Assembly: GCA_947305795.1 (NCBI GenBank)
Contig: CAMZEK010000007.1
Span: 627 to 64,626, forward strand
Reading direction: 5' to 3'
Source: an uncultured Bacteroidales bacterium
Lineage (GTDB): Bacteria; Bacteroidota; Bacteroidia; Bacteroidales; F082
DNA: 64,000 nucleotides
A program made the position numbers and the translations under genes. Below are positions 1 to 8,850 of the stretch, piece after piece (the stretch's first letter is position 1; each line of letters starts with the position of its first letter). The notes under the pieces were generated by a model, which did not search any database, was not told the DNA's origin, and worked only from the letters and a program-made list of their open reading frames with translations.

Positions 1-10
1 TTTTCCATAA

Positions 11-1078
11 TCATGTTATCCTTACACGTGGGTCGATGAACCCATAGATGATGTCCACGACGATATTGACGATGATAAGCATGACCGCAATGAGCAACAC
101 TGCACCCATGATGACAGGAAAGTCATACTTGTCAAGCGCGTCGACCACAACCACGCCGATACCCTTCCAGTCGAAGACGTACTCCACGAAAACTGCACCC
201 GCCAAAAGCGAGGCGAACCAGCCTGAAACCGCCGTCACGACAGGATTCAAGGCGTTGCGTAAGGCATGGATGCAAATAACACGAAACGGCTTCAAGCCCT
301 TGGCGCGCGCTGTGCGAACATAATCCATCGAAAGAGCCTCCAACAACGAGGTGCGCGTCAATTCCGTAACTACGGCCAAAGGTCTCATTCCCAGGGTCAA
401 GGCGGGCAAGATGAGGTTGCGCAAACTCAAGAACTCTCCCCTGCCGTATTCGTCAACGGTGTAGAGGCTACCTGTCATGCTCAAACCCGTGACATGTTCA
501 AGCAAGAAGCCAAAAATCCACGCCATGAGAATAGCCGCAAAGAACGAAGGCAACGACATACCTATCGTAGTAACAAATAGGGTTAACTTGTTGAGAAACT
601 TTGTGTTAAACACTGCCGTCAGGATGCCGATGGCCAAGCCCAAAATCATAGCGATCGAGATGGAGACCGCTGCCAAAAGCAAGGTATTTGGGAAGGCTTC
701 GCCGAGCACATCGGAAACGCGACGCTTGCTTTGGTACGACATGCGCAAATATGGCGCTTTCAGTACGATGGCAGTCGTTCCAAGTGTCGCAATTTTGGCA
801 TAATGACCGATTTTTTCTAGCTTCTGTTCACCTTGCGAGACATCGTAAAACGAAATCGGGACAAGGTCGTTCAGATAGTCAATATATTGTTTCCCTAGAC
901 TTTGATTGAGGCCCAACTCTTCGCGGATGGCGTTTACTGAGGCTTCGTCAGCACGCTGACCAAGCATCATCTGGGCTGGGTCACCAGGCAGAATGTTGAA
1001 CAGGAAAAACACCAACGTCGCGACGCCCCACAGCACCGCGATTCCGTACAGCAGTTTCCTTATGATATAGGCACCCAT
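11..1078 (-). CDS. ABC transporter permease, peptide/nickel (OppB/DppB-like) family
   Basis: 355-aa ORF with ATG at 1078-1076. The N-terminus 'IIRKLLYGIAVLWGVATLVFFLFNILPGDP' plus a multi-TM body is the classic binding-protein-dependent permease layout. A 1-nt TAATG stop/start overlap with the upstream gene suggests an operon. Confidence 0.85.
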   Translation of the reverse strand: MGAYIIRKLLYGIAVLWGVATLVFFLFNILPGDPAQMMLGQRADEASVNAIREELGLNQSLGKQYIDYLNDLVPISFYDVSQGEQKLEKIGHYAKIATLGTTAIVLKAPYLRMSYQSKRRVSDVLGEAFPNTLLLAAVSISIAMILGLAIGILTAVFNTKFLNKLTLFVTTIGMSLPSFFAAILMAWIFGFLLEHVTGLSMTGSLYTVDEYGRGEFLSLRNLILPALTLGMRPLAVVTELTRTSLLEALSMDYVRTARAKGLKPFRVICIHALRNALNPVVTAVSGWFASLLAGAVFVEYVFDWKGIGVVVVDALDKYDFPVIMGAVLLIAVMLIIVNIVVDIIYGFIDPRVRIT

Positions 1079-2325
1079 TATCGTTCAAAAAGCTTTTGCA
1101 ACCGCTCCCCTTGCGGGAAATCGATGGCACTCCATTTGTCTTTCACCAAGCCGTTGTCGAGCCAAACCAACCCAGGATTGAAACGCACTATCGTCTTGAT
1201 TTCCAATGCATCTCCGTAATATACTTCATTGAGGGAACCCTGCTTTTCGCGCAATTGTTCCACCAACTCTGGCGTATCGGCCACGGTCCAAACCACCGTA
1301 AAACCATGATTTTCAGCGGCATCAGTGATGTTTCTTATCTTATCCCATTCTTTCTCCGTAACTTTGGTCAGATCGTGCGAGGTGAACATAAGCAAGTTTT
1401 CGGTGCTAAGAATCATGTCTGTGGCATCGTCGCCAAATTCATCCAAAGCACTGAAACCTAAGTAATTGGCACCACCTTCCGTCCTTTGGTCCACAAACTC
1501 CCATTGGCTCATCCAAACCGAGTCGTTCCACGGATAGTCAGGAGAAAGATATTCTTGGATTTCTCCAGTCGTCTTATTTCTGTATTTCAGATAGATACGG
1601 ATCGGTTCCTCGGACTCTGTGCTCAGTTGCTTGCCCACTTTCCAATTCATGAAGTCAATGACAGGCAAATGGCGGTAATTGAAAACCTCGAAACCCAAAA
1701 ACGCCAATGCGTAAACACAGCCAATAACGAATTGGCCACGCCAAGTAAGGCGATTCTTCAGTTGTTTATTGTTCAAAATCAGTGGAATAAGCACCGCATC
1801 AATGACCAAGTTCTTGTAGAAGGTCTGCCAATTGCTCATCTTGATGGCAGAACCGAAGCAGCCGCAGTCAGGCACAAGGTCATAAAGTGCGTCAAACAGC
1901 GTCGTTGTGGTGAAAAACAGCATTAATAAGGTGGCACCCAATACCGCCAAACGCGGAAAAACATTGGTCATCAAGCAAATACCGACCAAAAACTCCGCCA
2001 AAATCATTAGGACGGCAAGAATCATGGCCACGTCGTTGAGCCAAGTCATGCCGTAAACGGACAGATAGTCGAGCATCTTGTACTTGGTTCCCAAAGGATC
2101 AACACCTTTGGTGAAACTGCTAAAAATGAACAACGCACCCACCAAAAGACGACAAACAGTTAGCACAAGCTTACTATACCTCCTATAAAAAACAACAGGA
2201 ATCAGTAAGTTAATCACAAGAACAGCAAGAAACCATAGGGTAAAGCCTGGTAGAAAATAAATCCCAACTGCTGACGCCAAAGCCACGCCAATGCTGATCC
2301 AACTAAGAGCAGGACTCCGTTTCAT
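1078..2325 (-). CDS. DoxX/MauE-like membrane protein with a soluble C-terminal half (BT_3928-like family)
   Basis: Track ORF 1078..2340 opens with GTG. The first ATG (MKRSPALSW...) is at 2325, 1 nt after the stop of the upstream gene. There are several TM helices in the first ~190 aa and a soluble ~220-aa C-terminal part. Confidence 0.55.
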   Translation of the reverse strand: MKRSPALSWISIGVALASAVGIYFLPGFTLWFLAVLVINLLIPVVFYRRYSKLVLTVCRLLVGALFIFSSFTKGVDPLGTKYKMLDYLSVYGMTWLNDVAMILAVLMILAEFLVGICLMTNVFPRLAVLGATLLMLFFTTTTLFDALYDLVPDCGCFGSAIKMSNWQTFYKNLVIDAVLIPLILNNKQLKNRLTWRGQFVIGCVYALAFLGFEVFNYRHLPVIDFMNWKVGKQLSTESEEPIRIYLKYRNKTTGEIQEYLSPDYPWNDSVWMSQWEFVDQRTEGGANYLGFSALDEFGDDATDMILSTENLLMFTSHDLTKVTEKEWDKIRNITDAAENHGFTVVWTVADTPELVEQLREKQGSLNEVYYGDALEIKTIVRFNPGLVWLDNGLVKDKWSAIDFPQGERLQKLFER

Positions 2326-2326
2326 C

Positions 2327-2875
2327 TCATGCCTCCTCACCCATCAAAATCAGCGCGAACACAGCATAGTTGATCATGTCGTAATAATTCGCGTCAAGTC
2401 CCTCACTCACAAGGGTTTTCCCGTTGTTGTCCTCAATGGACTTGGTACGCAACACCTTGCTCATTATCAGGTCAGTGATGGAGCTAACACGCATGTCGCG
2501 CCAAGCCTCGTCGTAGTCGTGGTTCTTGCGCGTCATCAGCTCATAAGCCTCGTTGGTGACCTTATCGTAAAAGAGCGTGGCCTTTTCGATTGTCAAATCT
2601 GGCTGGTCGACTACACCAAGTTGCAATTGGATGATGCCCATTGCCGCATAGTTGACGATGCCGATGAACTCCGGCTCGATGCCCTCATCCACAAGACGCT
2701 CTTCGGTTGTCTGTAAAGTCCTGATTCTCTTTACTTTGATAAAAATTTGATCCGTTATTGAAGGTGTACGCAAAATGCGCCAAGCTGGACCATAGTCCTT
2801 CATCTTGTCGACAAACAACTTGCGGCATTGCGCCAACACCGCATGAAATTGGGATTTTGTGTCTTTTGTTTGCAT
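2327..2875 (-). CDS. DUF1599 domain protein
   Basis: 'KLFVDKMKDYGPAWRILRTPSITDQIFIKVKRIRTLQ' and a second half-repeat 'KNHDYDEAWRDMRVSSITDLIMSKVLR' match my memory of DUF1599. Track ORF start 2896 is TTG and lies inside the -7 box, so ATG 2875 is preferred. Confidence 0.65.
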   Translation of the reverse strand: MQTKDTKSQFHAVLAQCRKLFVDKMKDYGPAWRILRTPSITDQIFIKVKRIRTLQTTEERLVDEGIEPEFIGIVNYAAMGIIQLQLGVVDQPDLTIEKATLFYDKVTNEAYELMTRKNHDYDEAWRDMRVSSITDLIMSKVLRTKSIEDNNGKTLVSEGLDANYYDMINYAVFALILMGEEA

Positions 2876-2893
2876 AGCAAAGTGCTTTGGCCG

Positions 2894-2901
2894 CAAAGAT
2901 A
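2894..2901 (-). promoter_or_regulatory. Bacteroidota -7 promoter box (TAnnTTTG)
   Basis: Minus-strand TATCTTTG about 18 nt upstream of ATG 2875. Confidence 0.5.
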
Positions 2902-2957
2902 CTAAGAAAAGGTTTGATGACTACAGAATAGAAATATTTTTGTTCCAGTTCAAATGG

Positions 2958-3464
2958 TCATTTGAAAACAAGAATCAACAAAGGCTTAACAATGAAATAG
3001 ATACAAACGCAGGCGTAAATCACTTTCAGACCCGTCCCGACCAAAAAGCCGACAAAGGAACCAAAAGCAGCCTTCCATGCCTTATGGTCGTCAGTGCCAG
3101 CCAATTTCTCACCAATGTATGCCCCGACAAACGGCCCCAATAGGACCGCTATGAAGCCGATGGGAAATACAAACGTGATCAACAAACCCAAAACCAAGCC
3201 AATAGTGCTACCTCGGACACCCGCTTTGGTGCCACCTAACTGCTTCGTTCCCCATGCGGGAACTATGTAATCCAAAGCAAATACGGCGGCTGCGATCACA
3301 CCCATAATCACTAGAAAATCAGTTGGATAATCTATTCCTTTGACAAAAGAGACAACCAACAATCCCATGAAACTGAACGGCGGTCCGGCGATGCCTGGCA
3401 CGATAGCACCCACCAAGCCGATGAGCATCAAAATGATAGCCGCTGCAATGAGTACGTAAGTCAT
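2958..3464 (-). CDS. DUF456 family small membrane protein
   Basis: 168-aa, glycine-rich 4-5 TM protein. 'LIGLVGAIVPGIAGPPFSFMG' and 'GPFVGAYIGE' are DUF456-like. Confidence 0.6.
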   Translation of the reverse strand: MTYVLIAAAIILMLIGLVGAIVPGIAGPPFSFMGLLVVSFVKGIDYPTDFLVIMGVIAAAVFALDYIVPAWGTKQLGGTKAGVRGSTIGLVLGLLITFVFPIGFIAVLLGPFVGAYIGEKLAGTDDHKAWKAAFGSFVGFLVGTGLKVIYACVCIYFIVKPLLILVFK

Positions 3465-3541
3465 TGTATTTAATTTAGCTTGCGAAAATAGGAATTTTTT
3501 TCTTTTCAGGCCAATAATTTTGAATTTATGGAAATCTACGC

Positions 3542-3549
3542 TACATTTG
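3542..3549 (+). promoter_or_regulatory. Bacteroidota -7 promoter box (TAnnTTTG)
   Basis: TACATTTG about 19 nt upstream of ATG 3569. Confidence 0.5.
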
Positions 3550-3568
3550 CAGCATTAAAACCTATTCC

Positions 3569-4399
3569 ATGAAAAAACCACTACTCCTAATAGTTTTTAT
3601 TACACTGACTTTCAGTCTATTCGCGCATGATTTCGTCAACCCCATCGGCGGACGTGCGGCGGCGATGGGTGGCTGTTCAGTGGCCTCTCGCGGACTTTGG
3701 GCCATGCAAAACAACCCCGCTGGCATGGCGTATTTGGACAAGTTCAGCCTCGGCTTGTACTATGAAAACCGTTGGCTTTTACCTGAGACGGCCTACAAAA
3801 GCGCAGCTTTGGCCGTACCTACCAAATTCGGATGTTTAGGACTGAGTTTCAACCAGTTCGGTTCTTCAAAATATAGCGAGAATAAGTTTGGTTTGGCTTA
3901 TGCAAAAGACTTTGGACCCTACCTGCAAATTGGGCTTCAGTTGGACTACTTGCTAATTAGCCTCGGCAACGAATATGGGCGCCAAAGTGCAGTCACCTTT
4001 GAATTGGGCATACAATCGCAAGTCACTGAAAAACTGAGACTTGGAACCTACATTTTCAATCCTGTCAGTTTCAAGTTGGAACAAAGCATTAACCAAGAGA
4101 AACCGCCTATCGTATTCCGTTTCGGCGCGGCCTATCAATTTACAAAAGACTTTGTCGGGCTGTGCGAAGTTGAGAAAAACACTGACCATGAAGGCGTTAG
4201 CTTGCGCGGCGGCTTGGAATACGAGGTTTTGAAAAACTTCTACCTCCGTGCTGGTGCACAGACCAACCCCGGCTTACTCTCCTTCGGCCTCGGCTACGAA
4301 ATCCGTTTCGCGCGAATCGATGTGGCAGCACAACTGCACCAAATACTCGGTGCCTCCGTCCAAATTGGCATGATTTTCAGCATTGGGAAAAGAGCATGA
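3569..4399 (+). CDS. outer-membrane beta-barrel protein, PorV/PorQ (UPF0164)-like
   Basis: Has a signal peptide. 'GGRAAAMGGCSVA...MQNNPAGMAY' resembles the PorV/PorQ/FadL-like N-terminal motif. The rest shows an alternating beta-strand pattern, and there is an ATGA overlap with the next gene. Confidence 0.5.
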   Translation: MKKPLLLIVFITLTFSLFAHDFVNPIGGRAAAMGGCSVASRGLWAMQNNPAGMAYLDKFSLGLYYENRWLLPETAYKSAALAVPTKFGCLGLSFNQFGSSKYSENKFGLAYAKDFGPYLQIGLQLDYLLISLGNEYGRQSAVTFELGIQSQVTEKLRLGTYIFNPVSFKLEQSINQEKPPIVFRFGAAYQFTKDFVGLCEVEKNTDHEGVSLRGGLEYEVLKNFYLRAGAQTNPGLLSFGLGYEIRFARIDVAAQLHQILGASVQIGMIFSIGKRA

Positions 4400-6573
4400 A
4401 ACGACTGATTCTCACCATAGTAGCCCTAAGTCTCTGCTTCTTCGCAAAGGCTCAAACTGTCATCGACACACTCAGCACCGACGCCTTGAACGAACTGCTC
4501 ATCGAGCAAGTGGAGCGTTTGGCTGAAGACAGCGATGAAGATGTTGACTATGAGGAACTTTTGGAGCAATACATCTTTTTGGTTGAGAATCCCGTCAACC
4601 TTAACAGCGACGACATCATTAAACTTTTGGAACTGCATCTTATCAATGTTTTCCAATACGAGGAACTACAAAAATACCGCCGCTATTACGGTGATTTTCT
4701 GTTTCTTGAGGAGTTGGAGATGGTGGAAGGCTTCGACGAGCAGACTTTAGCCATCATCGCGCCCATCGTCCAAATCGGGAAGGATAACAGCCGCGACAAG
4801 ATTACGCTCAGCAAAATGGCGCGTTACGGCAAACATCAAGTGGTAGGACGTTACGAGCAAATCCTTGAGCATCAACAAGGTTACGACCCCATCAGCGACT
4901 CTGCATTATTGGCCAAACCCAACTCGCGTTTTTTGGGTAGTCCGCAACGCTACCAACTGAAATACACCTATAATTATAGGAACAGGATTCGTGCAGGGTT
5001 CGTGCTGGAGAAAGACCCTGGCGAGATGTTTTTCACTGACCATGTGAGTGATACGATTAAAGCGCTGTTGGGCGACAAGTACCATCGTGGCTTCGATTTT
5101 ATCGGTTTTCACCTTTATGCCAAAGACCTCGGTATCGTGAAGGCTGCCGTTTTGGGTGACTATCAATTGTCTTTCGGTCAGGGTCTTACAATGTGGACTG
5201 GCATGAACTTTGGCAAAATTGAGACAGGCAGCAGCGTGATGAAACAAGGTCGTGGCATCACGCCAAAATCCTCAGCCTCAGAGTATTCCTTCATGCGTGG
5301 CACAGCCGTCACCCTTGGCGGCGGACCGTTTCGAGGCACCGTTTTCTACTCCAACCGCAAGATTGACGCCAACATCACCGAAACAGACACCCTTGAAGCT
5401 GCAGAATACGTCAGCAGCTTGCAAGAGACTGGATATCACCGCACTATTGGCGAGTTGCTTGACCGATATGCCATACGGCAACAAGTTGTGGGCGGACATT
5501 TGGCTTATGCCGTTTCGCATTTCGAGGTGGGCTACACGCTACACCACACCTGGCTCAGTGCTAAGTTGCAGTTGTCCCCATCGAACTACAACCAATTCTA
5601 TTTCCAAGGCACTCAACTCACCAACCAAGGCATTGATTTCAAGTATGTTAAAGGTAAGTTTGCGTTCTTTGGCGAAGGCGCGATGAGTTTTAATACGGAC
5701 AGCACAACATTGTTGAGCACTTCGACAGGCGCTACGGCTCTTTCACGTTTTGCTGGCTTGCTTGGGATGACCGTAAAACCCACTGGTTATCTGAACTTTA
5801 CTATCTTTTACCACGATTACGGCAAGGCCTATCAAAACCTGTTTTCCAATGCCTTTTGCGAAGGCAGCCGCAATCAAGGACAACGGGGTGTTTATCTTGG
5901 TGTGGAGGTCGCACCCGCGCCGTATTGGAACCTTTTGGCTTATGCCGACCATTTTCGCTTCACTTGGCTGACCTCGCAAGCCTACGCACCCAGCTGGGGC
6001 CACGATTATTATCTACGCCTCAGCCACAGCTTCAACCGCCGCACCACCGCCTACCTGCAGATCCGCTCGAAAACCAAAATGAAAAACTCGACCGACGGGT
6101 TGGTTTTCAGCCACTACCCCATTTTCTACACCAAAAATTCTGTACGGTTCAACATCAATTACGGCTTTGCCAACGGCCTTGTATTCAGCAACAAAGCCGA
6201 ATATGCCCATTACCGCAACGATGACGGCAGCAACAGTCAAGGCTTTTTCATTTGTCAAGACGTGTCCTACAAGCCTGAAAACAAGCCTTTTAGCCTCACA
6301 TTCCGTTATGCCCTTTTCGACACAAAGGATTACGACTCGCGTGTGTACGCCTACGAGAACGATGTGCTGTATTCGTTTTCAGTTCCAGCACTTTACGGCA
6401 AAGGAATGCGCGTTTATCTCTTGGGAAAATGGAAGCCGTTCAACAGCTTGACACTCTACACCCGTATCGGTAGCATCATCTACACTGACCGAGACGAAAT
6501 CAGCAGTGGCCTGACATTGATTGAAGGCAAACACAAAACAGACTTGAAAGTGGAAGCGATTTGGAAACTTTAG
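4396..6573 (+). CDS. helix-hairpin-helix domain protein with large C-terminal beta-barrel-like region
   Basis: Signal peptide 'MKRLILTIVALSLCFFAKAQ'. N-terminal acidic HhH-like repeats ('DIIKLLELHLINVFQYEEL', 'LEELEMVEGFDEQTLAIIAPIV'). The C-terminal ~500 aa are rich in alternating aromatic/polar strands. Confidence 0.55.
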   Translation: MKRLILTIVALSLCFFAKAQTVIDTLSTDALNELLIEQVERLAEDSDEDVDYEELLEQYIFLVENPVNLNSDDIIKLLELHLINVFQYEELQKYRRYYGDFLFLEELEMVEGFDEQTLAIIAPIVQIGKDNSRDKITLSKMARYGKHQVVGRYEQILEHQQGYDPISDSALLAKPNSRFLGSPQRYQLKYTYNYRNRIRAGFVLEKDPGEMFFTDHVSDTIKALLGDKYHRGFDFIGFHLYAKDLGIVKAAVLGDYQLSFGQGLTMWTGMNFGKIETGSSVMKQGRGITPKSSASEYSFMRGTAVTLGGGPFRGTVFYSNRKIDANITETDTLEAAEYVSSLQETGYHRTIGELLDRYAIRQQVVGGHLAYAVSHFEVGYTLHHTWLSAKLQLSPSNYNQFYFQGTQLTNQGIDFKYVKGKFAFFGEGAMSFNTDSTTLLSTSTGATALSRFAGLLGMTVKPTGYLNFTIFYHDYGKAYQNLFSNAFCEGSRNQGQRGVYLGVEVAPAPYWNLLAYADHFRFTWLTSQAYAPSWGHDYYLRLSHSFNRRTTAYLQIRSKTKMKNSTDGLVFSHYPIFYTKNSVRFNINYGFANGLVFSNKAEYAHYRNDDGSNSQGFFICQDVSYKPENKPFSLTFRYALFDTKDYDSRVYAYENDVLYSFSVPALYGKGMRVYLLGKWKPFNSLTLYTRIGSIIYTDRDEISSGLTLIEGKHKTDLKVEAIWKL

Positions 6574-8831
6574 ACTTTCATTAAAGCCTTTGCCCTATCT
6601 TTTTGCGCCACAAACCACACCAAATCAGCGGGTTGGAACGTAATTCGCGCCGAAGGATTCAAGATGAATTGTCCGTCACGCTCGATGGCAATCACCATCG
6701 TCTCGTACTTGTCGGCCAAGCCGGAATCCATCAAGGCAACCCCGATGAAAGGACTATTGGGTTTCACTTCCACCTTATACATATCCACCTCGCTATCTTC
6801 ATGTTCCTGAATCAGTTGGTCGCTGAGCACCTCGATTCTCGGCAACAGCAACCGCAAATGATCCTCATGACCGACAAAGGTAATCTTATCATACGGAAAC
6901 AGTTGAAAATCAGACTTCGGCAACTCAAAAACATGCTGGCCGCGCTCCACGCGCACCACGCTCACGTTGTAATTGTCGCGAAAATCGGTTTCCTTGATAA
7001 GCTGACCGGAATAGACGCTGTCGGGGCTTAATGTCATCTTCTGGAGGTGACAGTTCTCTTGCAAAATCTCAGGGATAGTAAACACTTGCATCGACTGACG
7101 TTTGTTGAGGTTGTCCATGAAACGCTCCTCGATATGCTTGTAGAATTTCATGGCTGGACCCAAAACGCGCAGTAAAACAATGTAAATCAGAGCAAAACCG
7201 ATATTAATCCAATGGAATAGCGGCGAACTGATGTTCAGTCGTTCCCAGAACAATACGTTCAGGAAATGCTGTATCACGCTATAAGCAATAACGGCCACAA
7301 TCACGAAGCGCAAAACGAATACGAAACGTATCAGTGACTTGTTGAACCTGTTGACTTCCATCAACTTATGGGTTGTAGAGAGCAAAGTGTGCTTGAAGCC
7401 CATCGCCCAAAGGAAGGGCGAAACCAACACAAGAACCACCGCAGTGCTGATGGCTGGTCCCCAAGGCCGCGGCACATATTTCATGATGAACGAGCCGATG
7501 AAAAAACCGATGAGCACCACAGCAATGATGATGGCCAAATAAATGACAATATTCTTGAACTGCCGCGCGAGAAAACTCCCCATATTGACCTTCTTGCCAC
7601 TCTTCACTTTGATGCCTGAATCACTGTTTTCCAAACGGTTAATCCAACTTTTGGGAAAGTGTTGCGTCACCCAATGGTAACATGGCACAGCGGCTTTGAT
7701 GGCGTATGGCGTGAGAAAAGTGGTAATGATGGACACCGAAACGATGATGGGATACAAGAAATCATCAATAACACCATAACTCAAGCCGAGCGTGGCGATG
7801 ATGAACGAAAACTCCCCGATTTGGCTGAAACAGAAACCACCTTGCATGGCCTGTTTCAAGCCCAAACCAGCAATCAACCGACCAACGACATTGCTCAAAG
7901 GCTTGAAAATAAGCAATATAATTGTCACCACCAAAATCTGCCACCAATAATCGACTAAAATCTGCGGGTCAACCATCATACCCACCGACACAAAGAAAAT
8001 GGCACCAAACAAGTTTTTAATCGGTGTCGTGAGCTTATGAATCATCTCAGCCTCAAGGGTTTCCGCTAAGATAGAACCCATGATGAAGGCACCCAAAGCC
8101 GACGAAAACCCCGCCAAATTAGCCAGCACCACCATCATGAAGCACAAACCGACCGAAAAGACCGTCAGTGTTTCCTCCGACATGAACTTTCTTGCCCATT
8201 TCAGCACCGTTGGGACAATGAAAATGCCGCCGACGAACCACACCAAAAGGAAGAATCCAAGTTTCAACATACTGGAAACCAACTGCATACCATCGAAGGT
8301 CTTGCTTACCGCCAAGGTCGAGAGAATGACCATCAGCAGGACAGCCTCAAGATCTTCCACCACCAATTCGCCAATAACATTGCCGCTGAACTTCTCACGA
8401 TGCAACTTCATGTCGTCGAAGGCTTTGGCAATGATTGTCGTCGACGAAATTGAGAGCATGGCGCCGAGGAAAATACTGTCCATCTGTGTCCAGCCCAAAG
8501 CTTTGCCGAGCAGGAAACCGACCACACACATAGTGACCAATTCCGTGAGCGCAGTGATTCCGACCGTGCCGCCCACTTTTTTCAATTTCTTGAAACTGAA
8601 CTCCAAACCGATACCAAACAGCATGAACACCATGCCGATTTCGCTCCAAGTTTCTACACTCGTGTGGTCGCGGATGACGGGAAACCATTCAAAATTCGGC
8701 CCGATGAGGAAACCTGCAATAATGTAGCCCAACACAACGGGCTGCTTCAACCATTTGAAAATCACCGTGGTAATACCAGCTGTGACGAGTATTAAGGCAA
8801 GGTCGGAGAATAATGCGGGTAGGGATTCCAT
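6570..8831 (-). CDS. cation:proton antiporter (CPA2/Kef-type) with two C-terminal RCK_C (TrkA-C) domains
   Basis: 753 aa. N-terminal Na+/H+ exchanger TM core ('GYIIAGFLIGPNFEW', 'ALGAFIMGSILAET') and C-terminal TrkA-C-like repeats. Confidence 0.85.
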   Translation of the reverse strand: MESLPALFSDLALILVTAGITTVIFKWLKQPVVLGYIIAGFLIGPNFEWFPVIRDHTSVETWSEIGMVFMLFGIGLEFSFKKLKKVGGTVGITALTELVTMCVVGFLLGKALGWTQMDSIFLGAMLSISSTTIIAKAFDDMKLHREKFSGNVIGELVVEDLEAVLLMVILSTLAVSKTFDGMQLVSSMLKLGFFLLVWFVGGIFIVPTVLKWARKFMSEETLTVFSVGLCFMMVVLANLAGFSSALGAFIMGSILAETLEAEMIHKLTTPIKNLFGAIFFVSVGMMVDPQILVDYWWQILVVTIILLIFKPLSNVVGRLIAGLGLKQAMQGGFCFSQIGEFSFIIATLGLSYGVIDDFLYPIIVSVSIITTFLTPYAIKAAVPCYHWVTQHFPKSWINRLENSDSGIKVKSGKKVNMGSFLARQFKNIVIYLAIIIAVVLIGFFIGSFIMKYVPRPWGPAISTAVVLVLVSPFLWAMGFKHTLLSTTHKLMEVNRFNKSLIRFVFVLRFVIVAVIAYSVIQHFLNVLFWERLNISSPLFHWINIGFALIYIVLLRVLGPAMKFYKHIEERFMDNLNKRQSMQVFTIPEILQENCHLQKMTLSPDSVYSGQLIKETDFRDNYNVSVVRVERGQHVFELPKSDFQLFPYDKITFVGHEDHLRLLLPRIEVLSDQLIQEHEDSEVDMYKVEVKPNSPFIGVALMDSGLADKYETMVIAIERDGQFILNPSARITFQPADLVWFVAQKDRAKALMKV

Positions 8832-8850
8832 TATAATTGAGTTTAGAGTT
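8832..8850 (-). promoter_or_regulatory. short AACTNNN heptad leader (2 phased units) abutting the start codon
   Basis: The minus strand reads AACTCTA AACTCAA TTATA ATG. On the plus strand AGTT occurs at 8840 and 8847. Confidence 0.3.
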
